A stretch of 64,000 nucleotides of DNA from NCBI GenBank assembly GCA_028534125.1, contig CM052832.1, positions 23,190,001 to 23,254,000 of the forward strand, read 5' to 3'. Position numbers and translations under genes: made by a program. Positions 48,126-60,750 of the stretch are shown one piece after another; the stretch's first letter is position 1, and every line of letters begins with the position of its first letter. Source of the stretch: Lama glama (Eukaryota). The notes below the pieces were generated by a model. That model made no database searches. It was not told the DNA's origin and saw only the letters and a list, made by a program, of their open reading frames with translations.

Positions 48126-49040
48126 ATTAAAATGAACTTCTCAAACAAGAATTCCGTTTTTTCCTCCTAAAATAATGGGTATCAACAGAAGGCCAAATTG
48201 AAATCCAGAATTCAGTGTTCCTCCTCTCTCCTCCTTGGTGTCTGTGTTCAACTGTAGTAAGCCAGGATCCCACAGCTACTGTCCACAGACATCCAGAGAG
48301 CAAATGGTTTCCATGGGCAAAGGGCAAAAGAATACTCTAATGCGAATGGGTTAATCATTGCTTGTAAAATAGAATCACTGAGTTAAGCGGTATCGTTACA
48401 AGCTTTAGATCTTCACATACAATAAATACTAAAGTATGTAACGTAAGATTACATCAGTTTATCTTATTAGCAGACAGAGTGGCAGCTAAGAAAGGGGAAA
48501 GACACACCTCACTGCACTTTCAAAGGGAATTCCTTTCCAAGCAAATGAAAACAACATGGTCAATTAACTTCCTGAAAGCACTTTCAGAACCCAGCTCCAT
48601 TTCCGGTCTTTGTCAAGCTGGTTGTGTACCTCAGTGCTCCCAGCTTCCCCTTAGAAAGGAGAAGGTAGTTGGGTTGAAAGCATTTCTTAAATACTAATGA
48701 ATCCATTAATATAAGAAACTCTCCTGTGCCCTCTACTTTCTTAAGAATTACCCAAATTATAAAACCAAGTAGAAATGCATCTCCCACACAGTTTTTCTGC
48801 ATTCGATCTGGCTCTTTCATCATGCCCTATGAGTAACTGTATTTATTCTCTGCTTTGTTCAAGAAGGATTTCAGGGTAAGTCCTATGAGTAAGCCTCACA
48901 GTAGCATAACCCTTTCTAAGCTGGCTCCAGGTAAAAACTAATAGCAATTGGACAGAGGTTTTAAGATTCAGTGCAGTAATACTATGTTCAAATAAGAAAA
49001 TGGTAGTAAAATGGAAGACTTTTTAAAAGCACTTATTCTG

Positions 49041-49252
49041 GTGGGGGCAGGGTATAGCTCAGGGGTAGAGCACGTGCTTAGCATGCATGAGGTCCTGGGT
49101 TCAATCCCCAGTACCTCTATTTAAAAAAAAAATAGATAGATAGATAGATAAATACACCTAATTACCTCCCCCCAGAAAACAAATTTAAAAAGAATAGTAA
49201 AGTTAGGTGTAAGCCAAAAAAAAAAACCCACGAGATTAAATTTGTTTTTAAA
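49041..49252 (+). mobile_element. tRNA-Ala(AGC)-derived camelid SINE (vic-1 type) with perfect 16-bp TSD
   Basis: 49048-49119 resembles tRNA-Ala-AGC (A box, CTT-AGC-AT anticodon loop, B box GGTTCAATCC) with CpG-type substitutions; (GATA)n and 'cctaattacctccccc' tail; TSD AAAAGCACTTATTCTG at 49025-49040 and 49253-49268. Confidence 0.9.
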
Positions 49253-49317
49253 AAAAGCACTTATTCTGTAGTGCTTTGGTGATAGAACTACCAAAATGCT
49301 ATTGAATTACCTACATA

Positions 49318-49357
49318 TATGTATGTGTATGTATGTATATGTGTGTGTGTGTGTGTG
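49318..49357 (+). repeat. (TG)n/(TATG)n microsatellite
   Basis: tatgtatgtgtatgtatgtatatgtgtgtgtgtgtgtgtg. Confidence 0.85.
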
Positions 49358-49409
49358 TACGCAAAATATCTTTCTCTCTTGCTTTGTTTTTCCTTTCTCT
49401 GCAGACGGT

Positions 49410-49940
49410 GCTCTGGACCAGGTCTTCATTTTACCTAGACTAATGCCTGATGCCCCTAACTGGTCACGCTGCTTCCGGCTTTCTCCCTTGCAATCCACCA
49501 CTGTCAGGTTAACCTGCTAACGTGTATCTCTGTACACATCACTCCCTCATGCTCAGAACCCTTACCTAGCTCCCCTCTGTAATAAGAACCCACCAATTCC
49601 TGAGCCTGGCAGTCGAGGGTCTCTCTTTCCTCGTCATTTTCCGTCTCTCCTCTCTTCTACAAGTTCTTTGCTTCTTAATTAGGCTGGTTATCACTCTGCC
49701 AGCCACCTTGCTCTCACCATGCCCCTCTCTGTAATGCCCTTGCTGCTTCTTTGCAACCACCATCCTAACAACCTATCAAAGCACTGATCCAGTAAACCCT
49801 TAACCAAAAAGTTTCAGCAATGTCTACCCTCCTCCATATGCTTGTAACACATATCTCAGCCATTCACCTGGCGTTTATCAGGCATGACCTGATAGGGTTA
49901 TTCGTCTTTCTGTAGTAGCCCAATATGTTCCTTCCCCTAA
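49410..49940 (+). mobile_element. L2 LINE fragment
   Basis: 'ccaggtcttcattttacctagac...cctaactggtcac...caatccaccactgtcagg...catcactccctcatgctcagaaccctt'. Confidence 0.6.
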
Positions 49941-52257
49941 ACCAGACTAGGCCACTAATTGCCACACATTTGTTTATACAGAGAAGGTGCTGAATACATG
50001 CTTTGTAATGAGAATAGTAACACAATAGACTTGCCTTCTTCAGTGTCTTCAGCTATAGATAGGGCATCCTTCCCAAACAAGCTTAGGTGCACCCCAGGGG
50101 GACACTGAGTGGTACTGGAAGAAACAAGATAAAGGTGAAGCATCTTTAAGAAGTGAATTTTACTTTGGTAATTTACAATGTTATCTTCAAAATGAAATCA
50201 AAACAGTATGGAATAGATTATAATTTTTAGATGAATGTTAAAGACAATAAAATTAAGAAGTAAAGCAGGAAATGTCAAAGAAGTTTCCAGTCCTCGGTAG
50301 TTCACTGTGGGCAATGTTTCCAGGTCAATCTCTTCTTTACAGGGGTGAATTCATGTTCTTGTACCAGTTGAGGATGTTTATGTGGAAACGTTTGAGAAAC
50401 ACCCTATAGATCAGGAATGGGTGATAGGGAAAGAATACAGTCATTTTCCTTCCCCGCCCCACTTCATTTTCATTTAAAGATGCAATCAACACACATTTTT
50501 GTTTTCATTAAAATGAGTAATAGAAATTAAGCCTGAAGATTTTTTTTCAAGTCTTTGTTTTACTTCCTTGGTTATATATGTGACATCAGATTTAAATATT
50601 AGAAATGAGTTTTAGTGTGACCACTCTTAAAATTAAATCTCAAATGTTAAAAAAAAAATCTCAAATGTTAAAAGCCCTAAACCAAAACATTTTGTCACAA
50701 TTGGGAGCAATCACTTGTAAGAAACCTTATTCTGGGTTTCAAGTAATACATGGACAAGTAAACACATTTTAGTTTAAAAATCAGCATTTTAAAGCATTTT
50801 TTGAATATTTAAATTTACTTTTTAATTTACTATTTTTGAGATCCAGTAGTCTTGTGTTCTACTTTTTAAAATAAAATGTATTATTTAAGTCTGAATAAAA
50901 ATTTCTTTGTTCCTAAGTAGATGTGCTCATCCACCTGTCTCCTGTTCATTCAGACATACACACACACACATGCACACTATAGATGCATAGATAGACATAC
51001 TATCATATATAGTATCCTATATAACATTCATTAACACATATACATATGTACCTGAAATTTAATTCAATTTACAGAACATGCCATGTGTACAGGAAATACG
51101 GAAAAAAATTAATCAGTACCAAGCAACTGAGTTTGACTGACACACTCAGAATAAATAGTCCATTGTGTGCTTAAAATAAGGATACCAAGTTTCTGTTGTT
51201 TTTAATAAAAGTACTAGAGGAAACGTGTCCCTGAAAAATTTGCCTACTTTTGTTGTCTTTTGAGCCATCAAGAGCTATAAACAAACCAATGTGGTTCAAT
51301 CACTGTTCTTTGAATTTGCCTATTTTAAATAAACTTTCAATATATTTCACATGCTTCTGGAATTATCTTTAATTCTGCGCCTGGAAGCTTCTTTGGGCAA
51401 TTACCAATTCCTTGACTACTAAGGAGAATTTCCCTCTTGTGTGCTCTTCTCGTGTATGTGAGGCTTGCGATGGGTGCTGGTGATCCTTTCCATCTTACAT
51501 GAAAGGTTAGATCTGAACTGGACCGAGAAAGCAATCACTTCTGACCTTCTAGGATGAGGAAACTGAGGCCAAAATGAATGGTATGTTGTACGAAGCTGAA
51601 AGCGGCTAATAGAGCTCTCACACCGCCCTCTAGTCTTCCATTTACTCAGAAAAATGGCTATTCTAGTTTAAAAACGTCTGAAGCATCTTGTCAGGGTCTA
51701 TATTCCTGCACTGGGACAGGAGAAAGGGAGAAGTAATGACCTTGACTTTTGGCGTAGGTCCTTCAACAACAGACAGCACTGGTTAACTGAAATCCATTGC
51801 TCTATTGGTCTGACTTGGGTAGAAACGCCATCCTGCACTTTAAGCCAGCTCTTGAAAGGAGTTGTCCTTCCTGAATCCAACACAAGATTCACTCCAGTCC
51901 TGAATCTTCCGAAGATTTGTTTAGAAAGATGAGATCAGATTTTCTTCTAAGCCCATTTGGGAAAATCTGTCTCATGTAAAGATCAAGTGGACCTCCGAAA
52001 GCCGCCAGCCAGAAGCAGGGCTACTGTTAACACCTTGGCCATGCCAGGCTTAACGGAAACTTTAGATCAACAGTTCCCTTGTAGGAAGCTAGATATGCTG
52101 TTAACGCTTCCCTGAGATTGTGAGTTCTTCTAGCTAATACGATTCTATCCGCAGACAGCTTGGTTTCACGTGGCAGAGAAACAGAAACAGCAGAACGTTA
52201 AATTTCCTATTGAAAAATGAAAAACACGTTCCCATTGGCCACTTTAAAATTTAACAT

Positions 52258-52548
52258 GATGGAAGTCAGAGAGATGCAGCAGCAGCAGATGTCAAAAGAA
52301 TCTGAGTTATGGGAAGGACTAGACATGGCTTGTAGATGGAGGGGACCACCCGGAAGGTGTGAGAAGGAAGTGAATGCTGCCAACAACCAGTGAGCCTGGA
52401 CGAGAACCCCGAGCCCAGGTGAAAACACACCTGGGCCAACACTTTAATCTTTAGCTGGGGAAGAGCCTGAGCAGAGAACTCAGCTACATCATGCCAAACT
52501 TCTGATGTACAGAAACTAGATTAATAAATGTGTTGCTTTAAGCCACTG
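52258..52548 (+). mobile_element. MLT1D/E-type MaLR LTR 3' part
   Basis: 'aggaagtgaatgctgccaacaaccagtgagcctgg...ctgagcagagaactcagc...ataaatgtgttgctttaagccactg'. Confidence 0.75.
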
Positions 52549-52569
52549 TTTTAAAAATGAATATAATGC

Positions 52570-52792
52570 TAGGAGGTCCTGGGGCAGGCACATGCAAGAT
52601 GTGGATTCAAATTCTAGCTTTGCCAACAACCCACCACATAACCTTACACCATGTCACCTGGTCCGTGAGTCTCACCTCCCATCTATAAATCGGGGGAGGG
52701 GCATATTAATTTCCACTTTCTAGAATAGTACAAAGAGCAAAGGGAAGCATGTTTGAAAGTACTTTGCACACCATCAGGCATCTTGTAAATGC
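52570..52792 (+). mobile_element. MIR SINE
   Basis: 'gatgtggattcaaattctagctttgcca...gagtctcacctcccatctataaatcgggg...tgtttgaaagtactttg'. Confidence 0.65.
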
Positions 52793-53747
52793 AAGTTTCC
52801 ACAATGAATCTCTTCCCCAGAAAAACCTATTGTGTTGATATGAATTCTGCATTTCTCTCTCCATGTATCTTCCATTTTAATGGCGCATAAAATTTGCCAA
52901 ATGCTTGTAAAATATTTGTGAAAAAACGACATAAAGGAATCTTAAATCTAAAAAGACAACATATTTATCGAGGAGGTTATTCCTCCCTCAACACACATTC
53001 ATAAGCTTAAAATGCATTTTGGGACCCTCCTCTCTTAGGGAACAGCGTCTGGCTGAAAGCTTGTTGCCCAGACTCAGCACACGCAGTACAAGGGCTCCCT
53101 CTCCTCTCCCAGCAAACAGCACTTAGAAGCATTTTGACATTTGTGATCTCACTTTGAGCTTCTAAGCCTGAGCTAAGACAGCTGAAATGGTGCTGTATGA
53201 TAAATGGCTGGCCTCGAACCACACCACCAGTCAAGCAAAGCCAGGCCTGGAACCGAAGCCATCTCACTGCAAGCTGGGTGTCTGATCCCCAGCCTCGCAC
53301 TGCCCGGACTGGCAGAGGGCAGGGAGAACAGAGGACATCGCCGGCTTGTTCTGTGCCCTGGGTGACACAGATTTACCAACTTTCTCCAGATGCTCTGTTC
53401 ACATGCCCTTGTGATGTCAGAGTACTGGGGCCAGACTGGAATTTGGGACACACCATGCTGGACAGTGTGTGGATTTCTGGACCTGTTTGCTTTTAGTTAA
53501 ACAAACTGGCATGGCTTCAGAAAAATTAGTCCAGGCTACTGAATAATCAAAAGTCCCACAACTCACCTCGAGAAAACCTTCATATTCATTTTATTTAAAT
53601 GTGTTCAACAGCATTAATGTCAACTCTCCCCAGAAGAAAATAACCCCCTCAAATCATGCCCAGGCATTAAGGAACCACAAGACAAAATGGCTAATGTCAG
53701 ACTTAATATGCTTCTCATCAAAAGCCTGGATCCCAGTTTTAACCCAC

Positions 53748-53772
53748 AAAAAAAAAAAAAAAAAAAAAAAAA
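53748..53772 (+). repeat. Poly(A) run (25 A)
   Basis: Read directly. Confidence 0.9.
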
Positions 53773-56700
53773 GGAAAACCGATAAAACTGAAAGACATAA
53801 AGGGAGAAAATGGAATTCAAAGCACTTCTTTACACAGATCAGAAATTCATGAAGTTCATTATTTAGAACCCCATTTGTTGCTTCTGAAACTGCCAATCGA
53901 CTGATTTATTTAATGTGAGGCCATAAATGCCCTTTCGAGTACAAGCTAGTAATGTCAACAGGGGACGATCTGGATCCGAGTTAATCACTTTGAGTCTTTA
54001 TTATAAACATTAAAAGGAACTGATGACAATGTAGCTCGGATTTGTCGGGAAGAGGTGAACAGTTTGGCTTTTGGAGTCAGTACTTTGACCCAGCTGTAAC
54101 TCCAGTTCCAGTATTAGCAAGTCAGATGCACATCACTGCGTTATTTCTCTAATGAGTCACCTTCCAGCTCCTGTCTCCTGCCCTTCCCCTCTAGCTGAAC
54201 CCCAGGGGGGTGACTGGGGATGATCTCAGGGGGTGGCCCTTTGTCCTAGGCATGCTTTCAGACAAACTACAACCCAGACTCTAAATGATTATTTGAAATA
54301 ATAAATTATATCTTACATATGCCTCCACTGAATATGCAGACAACTGAGACAGGAGGACATTCTCTTGGGACTCACACACAACAGTAAAGGCAAGCTCAGA
54401 ATTACTGGCTGATGAAAGAACAGCTTTCAAGGAGTTTGGCATTTTTTTTCCAGCTACCACTCATCAGCAGTATGACCCCTGGCAAGACACGAACACAAAA
54501 CCATTTTTGCTTTCTCTATGAAACAGATCCAAAATCTGCTCCCTTTATCTCATAAGATTGTTCTCGAAAGTTCTTTAAAAAAAAACCCCCACATATATAA
54601 ATAATACACTATAATTGCTATTAAATTATTTGAAGAAATTCATTTCTTTCTCATAATGTAGAGCTGGATACTATCTTTAAGGCCTAAAAAAAAAAAACTA
54701 GATTTACTATCTAACAAATGAAAATAATTGAATTACAGAAAAACCTAATTCTAATTCTCCAGACTCACTAGATTCATAATTTACATTGCAATGAGTTTGC
54801 TGGTTAGGGGATTAATTAAAATCACTGCTGTATAAAATGGTTCATTCAATAATTCTTTGGGAATGCAAATTCAAGTTCAGCAAATAATAAGCAGACTTCA
54901 AAAATGAAATCATGTTGGCATTCTAGGAGACGATTAAGCAAATTAAGAAACCATAACCCAAACATGTTTTTAAATGATCTTACTGATTTCCCAAAACTGA
55001 AAACTCAGAACATGAAATTCTAATTATAAGTCAATTGTAAACCTTTGTTCTCAGGTATCATATTAGAAGCATATAACATTCAATAAAAGGGCATCAACAC
55101 CACTATAGGAACGTTGCTTTTAGTTTTGCAATGACATGCGTTTGAGTTGTTAACCAGTGGAATATCACACATACAACAAAAGACCCTGCAACAAGCGAGG
55201 GTATAACAGTTGCTCCCCTTTCTTATAAGAAGCAAAGTAGCAAGAGTGTCTTCTGTACATGGCATTGTAGATTTGGGTGCTTTCTGTCCATTCTGAACCT
55301 AAGATTTAATAGTGATTTGGTTGGCTCCTGGATGATAAAATTGAATGTGTCTAGAAGTATACAGCGTAACAAAAAATAAACACACTTGATTTCCTGCTCC
55401 ACATTTATTGGGGCCAGAAAGACTAAAACAGCTATTCTCCTCTCCAATACTTGGAAAAATATAACACAACAGCAATTTCTTAAATACACAACAAAACTTT
55501 CTAAATCATGAATTAAATGAGATGTAATAGCCTATAGACATCAATTGTAACAGCTTTATAAAATGTCATTTATCTAAGGCATCCTGAAACTGTCTATAAA
55601 GCTACACATATACACACAATTCTATATACATAAAGGCATCCATTCATGACCAGGAAGTTTTTTAGAAGCACTGTGTAGGGAAGGCTAGAGTAACACATAC
55701 GTAGATTCTTATCATCTTTAAGAGACAATTTGGAGCTCCAAGAAACAGTGATTCACATTCAAATAAGCGTGTAGATTTTCAAACCTGGATAGGTAAGAGT
55801 CTTGTGATGCGAGCTACAAGAAAATTCACACGGTGAATTGTTTTTCAAAGGCCTCTTTCAAACTAAAGATTTAAAGTCTGGAACAAATATCCACGGCATG
55901 AACAAACAGGATGCTTAAAAGTCTAAAACTTGCTTCCATACGGCTTTCCTCTCCCACCTTCCCTACCTAATAACAAGGAAAAAAATTCCTAGAAGGGGCG
56001 ACAGCTAGATGTTGTGCCATTCCATCCAATAGTTTTTCTGGAAGGTGAGTTATTCCACCCAGATTACAAGGCAGTGAAGAAATTTTTTTTTTAAATTTCT
56101 ATTTCAAATGGCCTCCACTACTCCAAACACAAAAAGATTTTTGCCACAACATCCAAATAGTATTACATAGACACCCTATTTCTTCCTAGAACAGAAAGGC
56201 TACCGGGAAAGGATAGAACTGATAAACAGAGAGAGGAAGGAGACAAGGTTAAACCTTTTCTCTGGCCAGTTATCGGAAATGAAAACATCAGTCTCTGTTA
56301 TCAAAGTTGTCAGCTTTCCCCGTTATAAACAAAATATCTAGGCTGCCCTGCAACTCGCCCTTTGATGCACCGGAGATATATTTGGGTTTTAACCAACCAA
56401 CCTGTGCCTGTTGATTCTGAAAATATCACACAAGCTAGCGATTTAAGGAAGACGTCACCATTTTTCAGGCACTTTTTAACATTTAAAAACTTAAATCCAG
56501 TTATTTTAAATCTATTTGACAAACACCCCCAACTCCCCATCCCCTACAAAAAAAAAAAAAGTAAGCTAATTCTTTCATAGGATCTCGGTGAGAGGACAAG
56601 TTCCTTCAATTTAGCCAAGGAAAGAGCAGAGATGTTTTCTTCCACCTTTACTCCAAATTCAGGAGCTCTGCCTCTGATAACACAGCATTTGAGGTTACTT

Positions 56701-57266
56701 GAAATAAGCCCCTGTTTAAGGAATCATCTTGGAGGGTACACTAATGAAAGAATATATTGCCAAGGCTGACAATTTTGATACAAAAATTCAATTTCAGCTG
56801 AGTTCCTGTGATCCCCTGAGCAGTTAAAAATGCCCTGCACTATAATGAGGCAGTGTAAGACAAAGCAAATTATTCAAATCTATGTACATTTCTATTTATA
56901 CCAATATGAAATACAGTGATAGAAGATACCGATTTTTTTTCTGAAGTGTTTGTAGAGTGTCAAGGGAAAATAAAGACATTTAATATTGAGAAATTTCTAA
57001 CGCATGATTAAAAATCTTTTTTGGTTGGTTGCCATTCAAAAGTTGTCCCAGAGTTCTCATCTGTGTTCTATACAAACTGTAAATAAAAATGCACAAGGCC
57101 AATAGACGTACTATACATATATCAGATACCAATATGTACACGTGAATTAAAGCTCCTTAAATATACACATCCCCACTTAGGATACATTCCATTACATTGG
57201 CAAAGCATCATTCTTTAATAACAGGTACGGGATAGCAGCAATTTAATAGTCTAGTTACCCACTCAC

Positions 57267-57394
57267 CTCAGAAAACATCACAGGTCCTGACAGTTCCCGA
57301 TGTGGTGCCCCAGCTTCAAGGAGCGCTGTCCACTAACATTTAATACGGTCCTCGCGAAGCACCGGGCTACACTGCTAATGGCAGTTACACAATC
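57267..57394 (-). other. Candidate 128-nt exon (non-coding/5' UTR, ends ATG TTT TCT GAG)
   Basis: ccttttactctaatgacAG|GAT...TCTGAG|GTGAGT; locally CpG-enriched; all three frames contain stops. Confidence 0.3.
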
Positions 57395-59120
57395 CTGTCA
57401 TTAGAGTAAAAGGTGTTGTCTTTTCAAAACTCATTTACTCAAAATCTGACTCACAGTATAATGGGAAAAAATAAGCCACAGTGAGGTGAGGCAAATCCTA
57501 ACTACTTGAGATACATATAAAGCACTTGCATTTTATTTCTTAGGTATTTTTTGTTGTTTTATCAGCGCCCTGTACATACAAAAAGCACTTCGATTGCCCT
57601 AACAGATGTTGAAAGAGCACAACTTTGCTGGGAAGAGAGCTGCTCTGAATCGTATTTGAAAATACGTAAATAACTTGACTTTCAATTAGTGTTTTACACA
57701 CCGAGATGGTATGATATCATACTAAGGACTGTATGAAGAGTTTTATCTATGAATTGAAACCTTTAGGGAACTTATGAACTTGTAACTAAAATTTATATAT
57801 ATAATATGCAAAAAATCTTTAGGTTGATTTATAATGAACCATATTAGTCCCAGAAGGAAAGACAGAATGGCTTTTAAGTAAACATTTATTTCACGTGTAC
57901 CATTGGGTATATCTGTGCACATCCAGTGAATAAAAATTCTGGGCAGGCAGCAAGTTACATGGATTCTAGATGTCCCCAAGGATTTTAATATCTATGCTTG
58001 GTGTATACTTTTAGGTCCAGTTCTAAATCTGTTGGGTGCATAAACAGAGTGCTCAAGAAAGGTCCCTGTTACCTCTGATGAAGATTTTTAATCTCTGCCA
58101 CACTACTCAGACTTCATAAAAACAATCCTGTAGACCACAGCTACTGGCTGGAAGAGAGGTTTACCACCCAGGGGAGAGATACTAACTCAGACCAGATTGT
58201 TTTACCTGCAGCAGCCCTTTTCCTGGGAAGGGACAACTCCCTCTGCACAGCAGTTTCTCCAGCTTGAAGCTGAGATCACACAAGGAGAAACCGATTGTGT
58301 TTCTGCCAAGTTACTGGCAGAACGCTGGGAACAGCACACCCAGTAACCGGCAGGGGCAGAACCACCATAGCAAGATAAGCAGCCCTCTTATCGTTCTTAT
58401 AAGAATTCTAATTCTTCTAAGAATTTCCCCTTCAACAGTCTTATCCTTCCCCTGCTACATGAGGTTTTCCCCCATGCTTCTCATGGTGGTCAAATCAACA
58501 CAGAACAGACTGGCTCCTCAGTTATCAAGTGTGTTGCCAGCCATGACAACACCTTTATTACACCGAATGTTCCTTCGGGCTCCTTGGATTTGGCTGGAAG
58601 TTGAATAGTCCAGTGGGATCCTTTGGATGATGACATGGTGATGTGTTAAGTTCCTCCCCATTGACCCCAAAGCTTCCCGACATGTTCCGTGAACACAACC
58701 TGGACTGTCGAACCTGGTTCTCTTTACACGGGAACACACATCAGTGCTTGGCCTTTCTGGATGCCAAAGGTGGGCAGGCAAGTTCAAAGTCTGGACACAG
58801 AGGCACTTCCAAAGTTTGGCAAGGAGGAGGAGGCGAGTTCACTAAGTGGGGCTTTATCACTGTGCTGTCTCGTACGACCCAGACATCTCTGGCACATGGA
58901 CACAGACAGAGAGCTTTAGGTTGTGGATGGGTCGTGCTTTTTCTTCTTGCCCCGGCAGGACTTGCAGACACAACAGATTATACAAGGGGAAGCCAGGAGC
59001 AGCAAGGGTGAAGTCACCAAGGCAATGATGCCCAATCCCACAAGAATCCCGACCACCTGGAAATGCAGAAGAAAAGCCTATTTCAGCAGTTAAATCTTCA
59101 TATGTGTTTACTCTACCACC

Positions 59121-59488
59121 ACCTGTGGACCATCTGTGCCTCCCCTAAATTCTTATGTTGAAACCCTAGTCCCCGATATGATGATGTTTGGAAATGGGGG
59201 CCTTTGGTCGGTCATTAGGACATGAGGTTGGAGTCCTCATGATGGGATTAGTCCCCTTTGAAGAAGAGACACCAGAGAGCCTGCTTCTTCTCTCTCCACT
59301 ATCTGTCACATGAGGACACGGTGAGAAGACAGTCAACAGTACACCACGTGGAGGGTCCTCACCACAACCCAACCACGCCGCTGCCCATCTCAGACTTCCA
59401 GTCTTCACAACTGTGAGAAATACATTTCTGCTGTTTAAGCTGCCCGGTCTACGGTAATTTGTGACAGCAGCCAGAACTGATCAGGACA
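59121..59488 (+). mobile_element. MLT1A-type MaLR solo LTR
   Basis: 'aaattcttatgttgaaaccctagtcccc...catgatgggattagtcccctttgaagaagagacacc...actgtgagaaatacatttctgctgtttaagc...ggaca'. Confidence 0.88.
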
Positions 59489-59642
59489 CCATCTCAGGCA
59501 CATACAGCAGTTACAATCATGGGAACTTTTAGCTGGTGCCCAGCATTGGTCTGAACTGGATCTAAACCAGGGAGATACCAAGGACTCAATCAAAGGTGAG
59601 AAGGGCAAGCCAAATGCTAACTCGGGCTCCGATGCAAGCTCC

Positions 59643-60142
59643 NNNNNNNNNNNNNNNNNNNNNNNNNNNNNNNNNNNNNNNNNNNNNNNNNNNNNNNNNN
59701 NNNNNNNNNNNNNNNNNNNNNNNNNNNNNNNNNNNNNNNNNNNNNNNNNNNNNNNNNNNNNNNNNNNNNNNNNNNNNNNNNNNNNNNNNNNNNNNNNNNN
59801 NNNNNNNNNNNNNNNNNNNNNNNNNNNNNNNNNNNNNNNNNNNNNNNNNNNNNNNNNNNNNNNNNNNNNNNNNNNNNNNNNNNNNNNNNNNNNNNNNNNN
59901 NNNNNNNNNNNNNNNNNNNNNNNNNNNNNNNNNNNNNNNNNNNNNNNNNNNNNNNNNNNNNNNNNNNNNNNNNNNNNNNNNNNNNNNNNNNNNNNNNNNN
60001 NNNNNNNNNNNNNNNNNNNNNNNNNNNNNNNNNNNNNNNNNNNNNNNNNNNNNNNNNNNNNNNNNNNNNNNNNNNNNNNNNNNNNNNNNNNNNNNNNNNN
60101 NNNNNNNNNNNNNNNNNNNNNNNNNNNNNNNNNNNNNNNNNN
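59643..60142. other. Assembly gap (500 N)
   Basis: Run of N. Confidence 1.
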
Positions 60143-60205
60143 GCCCAGATATTTGGTTAAACATTATTCCTAGGTGTGTCTGTAAAAGCGTTTCCAGATG
60201 AGTTA
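60143..60205 (+). mobile_element. MLT2 (ERVL) LTR fragment abutting the gap
   Basis: 'gcccagatatttggttaaacattattcctaggtgtgtctgt...tttccagatgag'. Confidence 0.7.
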
Positions 60206-60224
60206 GAACAGAGATTAGATGCGA

Positions 60225-60750
60225 ACATATCAAGCACATTCCCAGCTTAGGACCTCCACACTGCTTCCCTCTACTTAAAAAATTCTTCTCCCAGACATCT
60301 GCACAGTTCGTTTGCCACATCCTTCAGATCAATGCTTAAACACAGCCATGCCTCAGTATTCTTGGGGGATTGGTTCCAGGACCTCCAGTGGATCACAGAG
60401 TCTACGGATGCTCCCTTATATAATGTGGCATAGCACAGCTGATCCTCCGTATTCCTAGGTTCTGCATCCACAGACACAGAGGGCTGACTCTCACACTTTG
60501 TCAGTAAGACTTCCCTGACCGACAAACATTAAGTAGAAGCCTCCTCTCCCGCAGCATTCCCCATCTCCTCACCCTGCTTTGTTTTTCCTCAGGGTGCAAA
60601 GCATCATCTGATTTCAGTATTTACTTGTTAGTGTCTGTATCTTGCACTAAAATGTGACCGATCTGAAAACCAGACCTTGATCTGATGCTTCACTACTACA
60701 TTTTCACCATCAGAACTGTGTATGGCACAATAAATCTTTGTTGAATAAAG
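60225..60750 (+). mobile_element. L2a 3' end, interrupted by a Tigger MITE
   Basis: 'ttcttctcccagacatctgcacag...gacttccctgacc...tttacttgttagtgtctg...caataaatctttgttgaataaa'. Confidence 0.75.
60343..60490 (+). mobile_element. Short Tigger2/MER2-type MITE
   Basis: TIR remnants 'cagccatgcctc' and 'gagggctgactc'; 'gggggattggttccaggacctcc'. Confidence 0.75.

Noticed and set aside
49048..49119. Functional tRNA-Ala(AGC) gene
   Set aside because: Acceptor stem is disrupted at the 5' end, CpG-decay substitutions are present, and the SINE tail and TSDs show it is a retroposed SINE head
51618..51637. Third CTCF motif (CCGCCCTCTAGTC)
   Set aside because: Lacks both conserved C's at the 5' end of the core and lies in a MIR-like remnant
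57322..57331. REST/NRSE site (GCGCTGTCC)
   Set aside because: Only one half-site; the partner half is absent at canonical spacing
58264..59028. Cluster of overlapping ORFs, possible processed pseudogene
   Set aside because: I recognised no protein family in any frame and found no poly(A) tail or TSD; a BLASTx search would settle it
59586..60320. 244-aa and 201-aa ORFs
   Set aside because: Artefacts of translating through the 500-N gap
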